A DNA stretch of 64,000 bases from a virus. Positions within the stretch are counted from its first letter, which is position 1, and each line of letters opens with the position of its first letter. Both the position numbers and the translations under genes were made by a program. The stretch spans positions 26,823 through 90,822 of IMG/VR virus record IMGVR_UViG_3300025853_000046. One strand, written 5' to 3'. Shown here piece after piece: positions 11,392 to 20,273 of the stretch. The notes beneath the pieces were generated by a model. That model searched no databases, was not told the origin of the DNA, and saw only the letters and a list, made by a program, of their open reading frames with translations.

Positions 11392-13467
11392 TCACGCCCT
11401 ATATCCTCTTGAGTTAAACCTATTCATTTCAATGTTAATTTTATTACCAATCTTTCTCGCAATTTCATTTAATTCTTGGTCGGAAGCACCGAGTCTACCA
11501 TTAACATGAACATTAATTGTAGGGCCTAAAGCACTTCGAGTATTGGTATTATTTGTAACAGAAGTTCCTCCGGGGAGTGTGACTAATTCTGGGCCATTTT
11601 CTCCGACCAAAAATTGACCTCCACCTAAAATAGTTCCTCCAGATGCCATACCTTTCGCACTGTTTTCTTTATCGTCTTTTAATCCACCATATATCATACC
11701 TCCAATAGCACCAACACCCATAACAGTGGCTACAGTTGCCAAAGCAGGTGTAGCAATTATTCCAGCCGCCGCTAAACCAGTTATAATAAGACCTGTACCC
11801 AAAGCACCCATTACCGCACCACCACCTACATTACCTGCCTTATCAAGTATAGCATCTTTTAACTCACCTAATTTTCCTAAAACAGTGCCTATGCCTATAG
11901 TAAAAGATGTTACCAAAAGTTTAATATAAAGACCCAATAGCGCACCAAGCACTACTAAAGTTCCTTCTAATATTTTTCTTGCACCACCTAACATAAGTTT
12001 TAAACCCTTTGATATTAATGTATTATCTCCTGTGTATAAACCTTTAATGATATTCCATATACCCTTAAAGTAACTAATGAATCCTTCAAATATTACCGTA
12101 GCCGCTTGCCATATTAATTCAAAATATATTCTAAATTCAGGCCATTTAACCTTTATGAATTCGGCTATTTTATCCCAAATGCCTGTTCTTTTCATAGTAT
12201 AAACAATAAGACCTATTCCTAATATTACTAATAAAGCGTAGCCCAAGAAAGCAAATGAGGCTTTTAGTGTATTTAACATAAGACTTATATTACCTCTTGA
12301 AAAAAATGTTCCTAACCCTTTTCTTACCGATGCCAATTTGTCGTCTATTCGCTTTCTAAATTTTTGATACTGTAATTGTTTCTTTTCAAAATATCCTAAA
12401 TCTGTAAATTTTCGAGAACCTGCCGCACCGCTTACTTTAAAACCTTTTAATTTTGAATCTTTTATTACAGAACTTCTTTCCTTAAACGCAATTTGCATGT
12501 CAGCATCTAAACCTTCAATAGACTCTCCTAATGTGCTTAATAATTCTCCTACTAAGTCAGACTCTTTTTCTAATTCTTTTTCTAATTCTTTAGGTAAAAG
12601 GCCCGCTTTCAAAGCGGCCACTTGCCTTTCTACTGCCCTTCTCCCACCCGGTACTCTACTTTCTTTTAATCTACCCTCTAATTTTGTAATCTCAGATTTT
12701 GTATCTGATTGTTTGTCAAGTTTAGTTTGTATTAAGGTTTTTCTTATTCTGGCATCAGTCTTTTCGGAAGTAAGACCCATTCTTCTTTTCTTCATTCCCC
12801 CTATTTCGTCATCGGCCATCAAAATACCGGCTTTAGCCTCAAGATTTTTTCCAAACATTCTTCTCATATTTACGATAGGGCCTAAACTTTTATCAAAGTT
12901 TTTACCTTTAAAATTTTCTTTTACAAATTGTCTTCTCGCTTTAGAAAGAATTTTTTCATCTGCTTTTCTTGCAGTTTCTTGAACACCCCTAAATCTTTTT
13001 TGTGTTACATTCAGTGCCTCAGTCAAAGACATGGTTTTCATTAAATGTTTAATTGAAGCATCTTTGTAAAATTTTTCCTTTTCAAGAAAACTTAATTCAC
13101 CCTTTTTATCTTTTTTAATTGATGTTTCAAGATTATACAATCTGCGTTGAATAGATTCTCTTTTCTTTAGACTCTCAATCATTTCTTGTTCAGCCTTAAG
13201 GTCAGCGTTTCTCGCTACAACTAAGTATTTAAACACCAACAACATAGAAGAAAGTTGTTGCATTAATTGATAAACGCCGGGAATACCAGCACTTGCTCTT
13301 GTCACAATACTTCTTATGATACCACCTTTATTACCAATAGAAGACAAGTCAGCCAAACGCTGAACCATGTCTTTAGATGTATTTTCTGTTTCCAGAAGAA
13401 GTGAATTAATATCTTCCATTCCACCCTTGATTGAATCAAGTTCACGGCGTAATTTATTCATATCCAT
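11392..13467 (-). CDS. Tape measure protein (691 aa)
   Basis: Long helical region, amphipathic/hydrophobic stretches, C-terminal 'MASGG...FLVGENGPELV' motif; follows the chaperone frameshift pair. Confidence 0.85.
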   Translation of the reverse strand: MDMNKLRRELDSIKGGMEDINSLLLETENTSKDMVQRLADLSSIGNKGGIIRSIVTRASAGIPGVYQLMQQLSSMLLVFKYLVVARNADLKAEQEMIESLKKRESIQRRLYNLETSIKKDKKGELSFLEKEKFYKDASIKHLMKTMSLTEALNVTQKRFRGVQETARKADEKILSKARRQFVKENFKGKNFDKSLGPIVNMRRMFGKNLEAKAGILMADDEIGGMKKRRMGLTSEKTDARIRKTLIQTKLDKQSDTKSEITKLEGRLKESRVPGGRRAVERQVAALKAGLLPKELEKELEKESDLVGELLSTLGESIEGLDADMQIAFKERSSVIKDSKLKGFKVSGAAGSRKFTDLGYFEKKQLQYQKFRKRIDDKLASVRKGLGTFFSRGNISLMLNTLKASFAFLGYALLVILGIGLIVYTMKRTGIWDKIAEFIKVKWPEFRIYFELIWQAATVIFEGFISYFKGIWNIIKGLYTGDNTLISKGLKLMLGGARKILEGTLVVLGALLGLYIKLLVTSFTIGIGTVLGKLGELKDAILDKAGNVGGGAVMGALGTGLIITGLAAAGIIATPALATVATVMGVGAIGGMIYGGLKDDKENSAKGMASGGTILGGGQFLVGENGPELVTLPGGTSVTNNTNTRSALGPTINVHVNGRLGASDQELNEIARKIGNKINIEMNRFNSRGYRA

Positions 13468-13471
13468 TTAA

Positions 13472-13696
13472 TCACATCTTTGATTTTTGCTTTGCATTTT
13501 CCATAACCTTCATTTCTTCTTCCTTTGAGATAGAAAACATAATCATAAAATCCCGAACCATAGAATACGGCATTTGGTATGCCTCGGCCGGAGTAATACT
13601 AAGTTCCTTTGCCAAGATATATAAAGTTATCCGAGAAGCGGTAACTGGAGAATCTATTTTTCCCCCACTTAAGGCTGTTCGGTAGGTTCTTTTAAA
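13472..13696 (-). CDS. -1 frameshift extension of the tail chaperone (gpGT-like)
   Basis: The -1 frame is open from TTTAAAA (13690-13696) to TGA at 13472-13474 and reads FKRTYRTALSGG...LAKELSITPAEAYQMP...KSKM; not in the ORF track. Confidence 0.8.
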   Translation of the reverse strand, partial: FKRTYRTALSGGKIDSPVTASRITLYILAKELSITPAEAYQMPYSMVRDFMIMFSISKEEEMKVMENAKQKSKM

Positions 13697-14043
13697 TCTT
13701 CATCCCCCTCAAGAGCGAAAGGGTCGGGTAAGATTTCTTTAATTTGATTACCAACATAAGGAGTAAGTCTAATAAATTCAACTGGTGATAATACAGGTTC
13801 TGTTTTATCAACGAATGCCTCCCAAAGATAACGGAATAGTGTATCCATTTCAAGAGAAATGTCTTGTGTGCGTGAATTTAAATTAATAAGTTTAGCCTGT
13901 GCCTTCTCCAGTTGTAAGAAAGTAGGTTCTTTAATCCAGACCTTGAGGTATTCATCACTGTCAGGGGCTACACGAATGTAATGCAATACACTTTCACTTG
14001 TCGCAAATAGGGCTGATTTATTCTTTACTGTCTTTTTATCCAT
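13669..14043 (-). CDS. Tail assembly chaperone (gpG-like, 124 aa)
   Basis: Between tail tube and tape measure; ends over the slippery heptamer T TTA AAA. Confidence 0.8.
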   Translation of the reverse strand: MDKKTVKNKSALFATSESVLHYIRVAPDSDEYLKVWIKEPTFLQLEKAQAKLINLNSRTQDISLEMDTLFRYLWEAFVDKTEPVLSPVEFIRLTPYVGNQIKEILPDPFALEGDEDLKEPTEQP

Positions 14044-14088
14044 AGGTAATCACCTTGTTAATAACTACGCAAGGGTTGGTCTTTAAAC

Positions 14089-15735
14089 TTATCCTTGAAT
14101 AATCCAATTTGTTGCATGAGTACACGAATGTAACTCAAGAGGTTGAATAGTCCAATTAACTGTAATTGGGCCTTTGTCATTTGTAAGTGGGAAGTCTGCA
14201 TTTGTCACCATGAAGTCCTTGAAAACCATTGACAAAGTTTCATCATTGGTTGTAGTGTCTTTGACAAAGTTAATTTTAATTTGATTGCCGTCAGTTCCCG
14301 ATAGAGAAGTAGCGGCATTATTACGCAGTTCCTCGAAAAGAAGATTGTCAGTGACTAAACCTGTAAAGGAAAGACTGTAAGTTCTTTGACCGGGAATATG
14401 TGTTTGACTGTTCTTATCGTAGCGACCAATAAATCTCTTTGGTTGTAGGCTATTTGAAATATCCAAAGTCATGTTCTCAATACGAATATAGTCCTGCCCA
14501 AACATCTCAATTGTTCCATCGGAGAAGAAAAAAGGTCGTAATTGTTCTTCACTAATATTTGCTTGACCGCCTTTAGGAGAACCAAAGTTAACCCAATCTT
14601 GAAGGTCGGTAGTTTTGTTGGCAGTCACATAATTATTAGGTGCAGTAAATGTATTTTTTGAGTTAAAATTAACATTCATTTTAACTTCCTGCCCAGCATC
14701 TGCTGTAATATTAAGACTTTCAACTTGACAGCCGGGGTAAATCTTAGAATAAACTGTTTCCGAAATATTTCTTGCTACACCGTTCACAGTGGTTGAAGTA
14801 ATATCAACTTCTTCCGTAGCCATACTTGCTGGCTTTTTAAGTGTGTATTCGAGAGCAAACGAAGGTAAAATGTGAGAATTATTTTCACTAAAGGTGTATG
14901 TAATTTTATTTGTTTGAGTATGATTAACTGCCTTTAAATCCGAAGCATCATAATCATCCGGAACACGCTGAATAGGTGGGCAAATAGTAGTGCCTACAAC
15001 ACGGTAAAATCTTTTTCCACCCGGACTTGAACTTGCAGAATCATAAATAAAGTTATTACCACTTGCACCCGAACCTGCAATATTAGTCACGGTATTAAAA
15101 GATTTATCCGAATCAACAGAAGGTAGTGTGACGGCTGTTTCATTTGTCACTGTTGTAATATCCATATCCCCTAATGCGTAGTAAAGCCATGAAAAGTTAT
15201 TTGCAGATAGAGAAAAAGAACCACCGGAGGTAGTTTCTGCACCCTTAAATTGATAAGCCATATTTCGAGTTCCCGAAGAAAGTGCAATTTGTTTCATTTC
15301 AATTGCGGTAGAAGGAATTGTTACTTGGTCTGTAAGTCCAATCCAAGTATCAGAAAGAAGTCGGGGGTTGGAACTATCTTTAGGTGCTGGAACAGGTGCG
15401 CCAAGTCCCTTAATAATACCATAGTAATTTTCAGCAGTTGTTGTCATACCCGCAATCACACTGTCATTAAAAGTAATAGTAGTAGCGGTATTTGAAGTAA
15501 TAATTGTTTTGTCTTGAAAGGTGTCGTCGGCATCTAAATATAATTCTAATTCACAGCCACGATATAAATTTGTCACTAAACTAAATTCGTCAGTAAAATC
15601 CGAACCAAGTAAAACTGTTAATGTATTACCATTATCTGTTTCTCCACCGGCTTCAAACTTACCTAAATATATATCTTGTTCAGGTATCATAGATACCATC
15701 GCCCCACTGTCCATCCAAATTTCATTACTTACCAT
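14089..15735 (-). CDS. Major tail (tube) protein (548 aa)
   Basis: 'LPSFALE', 'YPGCQVESLNI' and 'IENMTLDISNSL' tail-tube motifs; GGTGA SD; upstream of the chaperone. Confidence 0.75.
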   Translation of the reverse strand: MVSNEIWMDSGAMVSMIPEQDIYLGKFEAGGETDNGNTLTVLLGSDFTDEFSLVTNLYRGCELELYLDADDTFQDKTIITSNTATTITFNDSVIAGMTTTAENYYGIIKGLGAPVPAPKDSSNPRLLSDTWIGLTDQVTIPSTAIEMKQIALSSGTRNMAYQFKGAETTSGGSFSLSANNFSWLYYALGDMDITTVTNETAVTLPSVDSDKSFNTVTNIAGSGASGNNFIYDSASSSPGGKRFYRVVGTTICPPIQRVPDDYDASDLKAVNHTQTNKITYTFSENNSHILPSFALEYTLKKPASMATEEVDITSTTVNGVARNISETVYSKIYPGCQVESLNITADAGQEVKMNVNFNSKNTFTAPNNYVTANKTTDLQDWVNFGSPKGGQANISEEQLRPFFFSDGTIEMFGQDYIRIENMTLDISNSLQPKRFIGRYDKNSQTHIPGQRTYSLSFTGLVTDNLLFEELRNNAATSLSGTDGNQIKINFVKDTTTNDETLSMVFKDFMVTNADFPLTNDKGPITVNWTIQPLELHSCTHATNWIIQG

Positions 15736-15751
15736 TTTTAATCACCTTTTA

Positions 15752-16345
15752 TTACAAACTGTTGGCGAATCTCTTCATAGTCACATTTATTCTATATCCA
15801 AATATTCTTGATTTTTTATCATTAGCGTCAGTTCGACTTCCCAGTATAAGATGTTTAATGTTTTCTTCTAAACTACCCGCACTTCGGAACCAGCCCCTCC
15901 GGTTTGTTTCAATGATGTATCGCACTATCTTATAAAGGTTTTCTATTCTGTCACGACCAAAAGTAGAACCCGTAGGTGCAACTCTCGCATTATCATTAGT
16001 CCGTCTATCATCTTGTTTTGTCCTAATACTTACAGACATTTCATGTGTTTCATTTCTTACAGACCAATCACGAGTAGGATATTCAACAGTTTGAGAGTTT
16101 TGCATTACAGCAATAACATCTAAAGAAGGTGTAACTCCGTCTGCTGTAACTTCTGAAGCCGCACTAATTCTTACTTTATTACCACCTCTTCCCGGCTTTG
16201 CTGTATTACGAGTAGAACTCATATCTCGTATATCCATAATCTGAGGTTTAACTCTATGAATTGCAGGAATAGCAGAACCTAAAGCAGTAACAGCGGTATT
16301 CCAATATTCGTCAAGTAGTGTAACTAAATATGTAACTTCATCCAC
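15752..16345 (-). CDS. Putative tail terminator/completion protein (197 aa)
   Basis: Size and position directly upstream of the tail tube. Confidence 0.45.
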   Translation of the reverse strand: MDEVTYLVTLLDEYWNTAVTALGSAIPAIHRVKPQIMDIRDMSSTRNTAKPGRGGNKVRISAASEVTADGVTPSLDVIAVMQNSQTVEYPTRDWSVRNETHEMSVSIRTKQDDRRTNDNARVAPTGSTFGRDRIENLYKIVRYIIETNRRGWFRSAGSLEENIKHLILGSRTDANDKKSRIFGYRINVTMKRFANSL

Positions 16346-17180
16346 GATTTCTCCTCTCCCTTAATTCTCTTTCTGTAATCTCTTCCTCATAGTCTTCGGT
16401 TGTTCCATATCCGCCCATTACCTCATCATCTACACCCATTCCGTAGTCCATACTTTCCGCATACCATTTGTCATAAATAATTTCTTGAACTAATGACATA
16501 TCTTTTAATGAAGTTTCTGCCTGTAGTTCGGCAGTTCTTTGTAATATAATTTGTTTCAATAATATAATTTCTTTATCACCTGTATCTCTTATATCTATCC
16601 CCATTTCATAAGCAATATCAGGCCAAGTTAAATTACCAATTCCCTCCATATTTTTTAATTCAACACTATCCATATTATAAATTAATTGGTCTAAAGTATC
16701 AATAAACTTTTCAGAAATAGACATTCTGTTCTGCGTGTTTTTTCTATCCATTTCTAATTCAAATAAATAATTATTAATTAGTTCAAGCATTTCTTCTAAC
16801 TGTTCTGATAAAATTTCTATATCACTAACATTTACTCTTCTTTTTTCCTTTTCAATTTTATGTTGAGTTAATAAATTAAGTATTTTATCGGGTTCTAATT
16901 GTAGGATTAATGGAGATAATTCAACTAATAAACCATTTGCGCTATCATATGTCAAGGCAATTTCTTCCACATATCTTTGAGTAACTTTAATATATTTTAA
17001 AACTTTAGGATAACCATTAACAATATTATTAATATTATTTGTAACAATATTTTTTAAATATTTTTCAATTTCCACTACTTTATATTCAGGTATCTTAGGA
17101 GGTATAAAATCATCAGACAATGGGTTATTTTCAGGTTCTATGTCCTGTATTTCTATCTTTAAAATTGACTCCCAAATCAT
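16338..17180 (-). CDS. Acidic hypothetical protein with WxxILK N-terminal tag (MIWESILK)
   Basis: ORF track; N-terminal motif. Confidence 0.6.
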   Translation of the reverse strand: MIWESILKIEIQDIEPENNPLSDDFIPPKIPEYKVVEIEKYLKNIVTNNINNIVNGYPKVLKYIKVTQRYVEEIALTYDSANGLLVELSPLILQLEPDKILNLLTQHKIEKEKRRVNVSDIEILSEQLEEMLELINNYLFELEMDRKNTQNRMSISEKFIDTLDQLIYNMDSVELKNMEGIGNLTWPDIAYEMGIDIRDTGDKEIILLKQIILQRTAELQAETSLKDMSLVQEIIYDKWYAESMDYGMGVDDEVMGGYGTTEDYEEEITERELRERRNRG

Positions 17181-17383
17181 TCAAAAGCCTCCTCAATTCT
17201 TCTTTGAATAACTTGAACAACTTCCTGTTCGATAATCTGTTCCATTATTTCATCGCTCATTTTTTCACCCAAAGTTCTTTCGGTGTAGTCCTGTATATCC
17301 TCATTTTGCTGAACAACAGTTTCTAATATAGTCTCCATATCGAGTTGAACCATTCGCATTTTTTCTAAAATTTTACGAAACAT
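17177..17383 (-). CDS. Small acidic helical protein (68 aa)
   Basis: Overlaps both neighbours in the operon. Confidence 0.55.
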   Translation of the reverse strand: MFRKILEKMRMVQLDMETILETVVQQNEDIQDYTERTLGEKMSDEIMEQIIEQEVVQVIQRRIEEAFE

Positions 17384-18374
17384 CTCTACGACCCCGTTTT
17401 CCTCTCACTGGTTTTAATTTACCAGACTTATCTTTTAATTTTTTTTGTGCTTCAAGAAGTTTTCTTTTCTTCTCTTCTGCTTCTCTCATTTTAGACCCAA
17501 GTTCAGCCGCTTCTCTTAAATTTAAATCTCTGGATTCTTGTTCTTTAATCGGTATTTCTCTTGGAACTAATTTAGCCTTTTCTCTATCCCATTGAGATTC
17601 GGGATTAGCGGCTTCTAATTGACGAATATTTTCTTCTTCTGTAAGTTCTTCCTCACCCTTCTCTCTTAAATCCCGTTCTTCGTAGTCTTGTTCTACTAAT
17701 TCAATTACCATATCTGTAATTCTATTTCTTAATTCAGACTCACTATCAAATACTTCATTATCTGATAATTGAATGTCTCCCTCTACTGTTGTAAAAATAT
17801 AGTCTCCCTCTTGTTCTCGAAAAAATACATGGACATATTTTCTACTTAAATCCTTTGCTCTAAATGAAATATTTAATGCAATTTTACCATCACGGTCTTC
17901 ACCATCTACAAGTCTAACATTTGTTCTTCTACCATATTTATCTAAAGGAACTTCTCCTCTAAGATTTCTTCGTAGGCGAGATTTAAAATTTTCCCAATCA
18001 CGAAGTTTTAAATACTCACCGGAACTTGTTTTTAACTTTTCAAGGTCTTCTTGTTGGTTTAATTTAACCATTTTGGCTGGTATCGGCGGCAATGATTTCT
18101 TCTCTTTCTTTCTACGCTTTTTCGCCACTCGTTCATATCCTTCAGGAAAACTTCTACCAATAAATCTATTCATTTTTTCCTTAATAAGAGACATAGGCAA
18201 AATATGCTTACCTGTTTGTGTATGTAGTTTTTTATATTCATTAATTATACTATTTATTACATCTTCAATTATATATTCATCTTGATAACCTGTTTTTTCT
18301 ACATGTTCAAGAAGTAGTTTTTTAAAAATACTTCCTATAACTTTACTTTTGACTTTGAGAATATCCGACCACAT
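17373..18374 (-). CDS. Hypothetical protein with WxxILK tag (MWSDILK)
   Basis: Start moved to ATG at 18374; highly charged. Confidence 0.6.
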   Translation of the reverse strand: MWSDILKVKSKVIGSIFKKLLLEHVEKTGYQDEYIIEDVINSIINEYKKLHTQTGKHILPMSLIKEKMNRFIGRSFPEGYERVAKKRRKKEKKSLPPIPAKMVKLNQQEDLEKLKTSSGEYLKLRDWENFKSRLRRNLRGEVPLDKYGRRTNVRLVDGEDRDGKIALNISFRAKDLSRKYVHVFFREQEGDYIFTTVEGDIQLSDNEVFDSESELRNRITDMVIELVEQDYEERDLREKGEEELTEEENIRQLEAANPESQWDREKAKLVPREIPIKEQESRDLNLREAAELGSKMREAEEKKRKLLEAQKKLKDKSGKLKPVRGKRGRRDVS

Positions 18375-18376
18375 AA

Positions 18377-19183
18377 TTACCAATCCCTACAAGCCATACA
18401 ACGGGCTGAATAATCCCCACCTTTACATGTAGAACATTTATGTCTTGCTCTAAAAGATTTTTTACGCTTAGTATTTCCTCGCTTACCTGTTACTGAAACA
18501 CCTCTTTGCCCCCAATGAACACGCTTATATCCACCTTTACCATTAGGAACGCAAGCCATCCATTTTTTACCCTTTCGAGTAGAACTTGTCTTTTTTGTTC
18601 TTTTAGTGCATTGTGATGAAGCCTTAGAAACTTCTTTTCCATCACAGCCACAGCCGCAACCTGAATCCATATTTTCAATATCAGGTTTAGATTTAGGCGG
18701 CTTATCTTTATCTTTGTATGGAATTTCTAATATCTGTTTTATCTTGTCGGAAAGAGTGGGGTTATTTTCGTATTCATTTTCTCCTGTTACATAATCTATG
18801 TCCTCTTCCATTTCCGAAGTTATTTTCTTAGGCTTTACTTTACCGTAATCCTTTGCTTTTATAATTTGATATGTAGTTATTCTGGAAACTCTACCAAGAT
18901 TTTCAAGTTTTCCATCTCTAATTAATTTACCAAATGCAGTTTTAATTTGACCTGTAAATTTATGATTAAGAAATTGACTAAAACCTGCTAATCTTCCGTC
19001 TTCGATTTCCGACCAATTGTTTCTCATGTATTGAATAATTTGTTTTTTATCTCTTTCAATATCTTCAATAGTCACTCTTTCCGATGGACTATTTTCTATA
19101 TAATTTCTAATACCCTCATATACTTTTTGTCTGTATATAGGGTAATTTACTCTACTACTTCCCTTTAATATTTCTTCCCACAT
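18377..19183 (-). CDS. Multi-module protein with WxxILK tag (MWEEILK) and a C-terminal basic Cys/His domain
   Basis: C-terminus 'KKWMAC...VHWGQRG...RKKSFRARHKC' resembles a small domain common in phages; internal IIK|A and VSK|A sites. Confidence 0.6.
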   Translation of the reverse strand: MWEEILKGSSRVNYPIYRQKVYEGIRNYIENSPSERVTIEDIERDKKQIIQYMRNNWSEIEDGRLAGFSQFLNHKFTGQIKTAFGKLIRDGKLENLGRVSRITTYQIIKAKDYGKVKPKKITSEMEEDIDYVTGENEYENNPTLSDKIKQILEIPYKDKDKPPKSKPDIENMDSGCGCGCDGKEVSKASSQCTKRTKKTSSTRKGKKWMACVPNGKGGYKRVHWGQRGVSVTGKRGNTKRKKSFRARHKCSTCKGGDYSARCMACRDW

Positions 19184-19184
19184 A

Positions 19185-20273
19185 TCAATCACTATCCAAA
19201 TAATAAACCACTCGGCGTTTCATGCGTAGAATCTTGTCTACATCTGCTTTATAGGAATCGTATTTACTTTTTAAATCTATACCATTAGTAGAATCATTTC
19301 CTAATAAGACATAAGAATCATCACCTGCGATAAGTTCACAGGCGGTAAGTTTTGTAGCGGCATCTTCGATAACTGCTGGAACTCGAATATTTCCGCATGT
19401 ATATGTGACCTTAACTGAATGTTTATGTTGTGTAGGGAATTCACTTCGGAAGAAAATATCTCCCATATCTTTCATATCCCACCATGCGGAATTACGGTCA
19501 TAGTCTTCTTTATTTGTAAATTGAGTGCGAGAATTAGTTCCTCCATTAACTGCAAGTGTGCAATTAGAACCATCCGAACCGGGGAGTAAAGAAATAATTG
19601 TTATAGTTTCATCTTCTTCTAAATTAGCGTAAAAAAAGTCGGATATATTATATGCGTTACCTCCATCTTGTAAAGCCTTTTTAGCAGTTCCACCTGTAAA
19701 GGGGGCAGTAATTGTAGGCACTTGTTCATTGATAAGGTAGCAAATATCCTGTGCAGTAGTTCTTTGTCCGTAAGCCTTGTTAAACTTATCATTATCAGTA
19801 ATACCTGAACTGTCGGGTGATAGAGTCCAAGTTAATCCTCCACCTGTAAGAACAATTGATGTAAGATTAGTATAATCATCTATTGTTAATGTTGCTACTA
19901 CCGAGGCAATATCTGTATAAACTGAACCATCCCAAATAGCAATTCGTAAAATCTTACGAATATTTTCGTGATGTAGTCTTATTTTTCCAATGTAATCTTC
20001 ATAAAAATATACCTGATTATTACTGCGAGCAAAATCGTGAAATTCATTTTCTATTAAATTGTCTCTCCAAGAAGAGTTTGTAAATTCGTCAATGTAATCT
20101 TCAGACCTACGCATTAAATCTCCAACTTCTGCTAAAGTGGGAGAAGTAGAAGAAGAAAAATCAGCAATACCTAATAGTGCGGCCACCTTTACAGCGGTTG
20201 TGTATGCCCCTCCACCTGTTGTATAATTTACAACATTAAGTCCGGAATCGGAAGGAGTCATCATCTTAACCAT
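19185..20273 (-). CDS. Head-tail adaptor (gp6/gp15-like) with insertion (362 aa)
   Basis: 'YTT...V..LL', 'SEDYIDEFT' and 'VKVTYTCG...VPAVIEDAATKL' adaptor motifs. Confidence 0.7.
   Translation of the reverse strand: MVKMMTPSDSGLNVVNYTTGGGAYTTAVKVAALLGIADFSSSTSPTLAEVGDLMRRSEDYIDEFTNSSWRDNLIENEFHDFARSNNQVYFYEDYIGKIRLHHENIRKILRIAIWDGSVYTDIASVVATLTIDDYTNLTSIVLTGGGLTWTLSPDSSGITDNDKFNKAYGQRTTAQDICYLINEQVPTITAPFTGGTAKKALQDGGNAYNISDFFYANLEEDETITIISLLPGSDGSNCTLAVNGGTNSRTQFTNKEDYDRNSAWWDMKDMGDIFFRSEFPTQHKHSVKVTYTCGNIRVPAVIEDAATKLTACELIAGDDSYVLLGNDSTNGIDLKSKYDSYKADVDKILRMKRRVVYYLDSD

Noticed and set aside
14089-15735. Contractile tail sheath
   Set aside because: The motifs fit a tail tube, and no baseplate wedge/J-like genes are seen, so a non-contractile tail is more likely.
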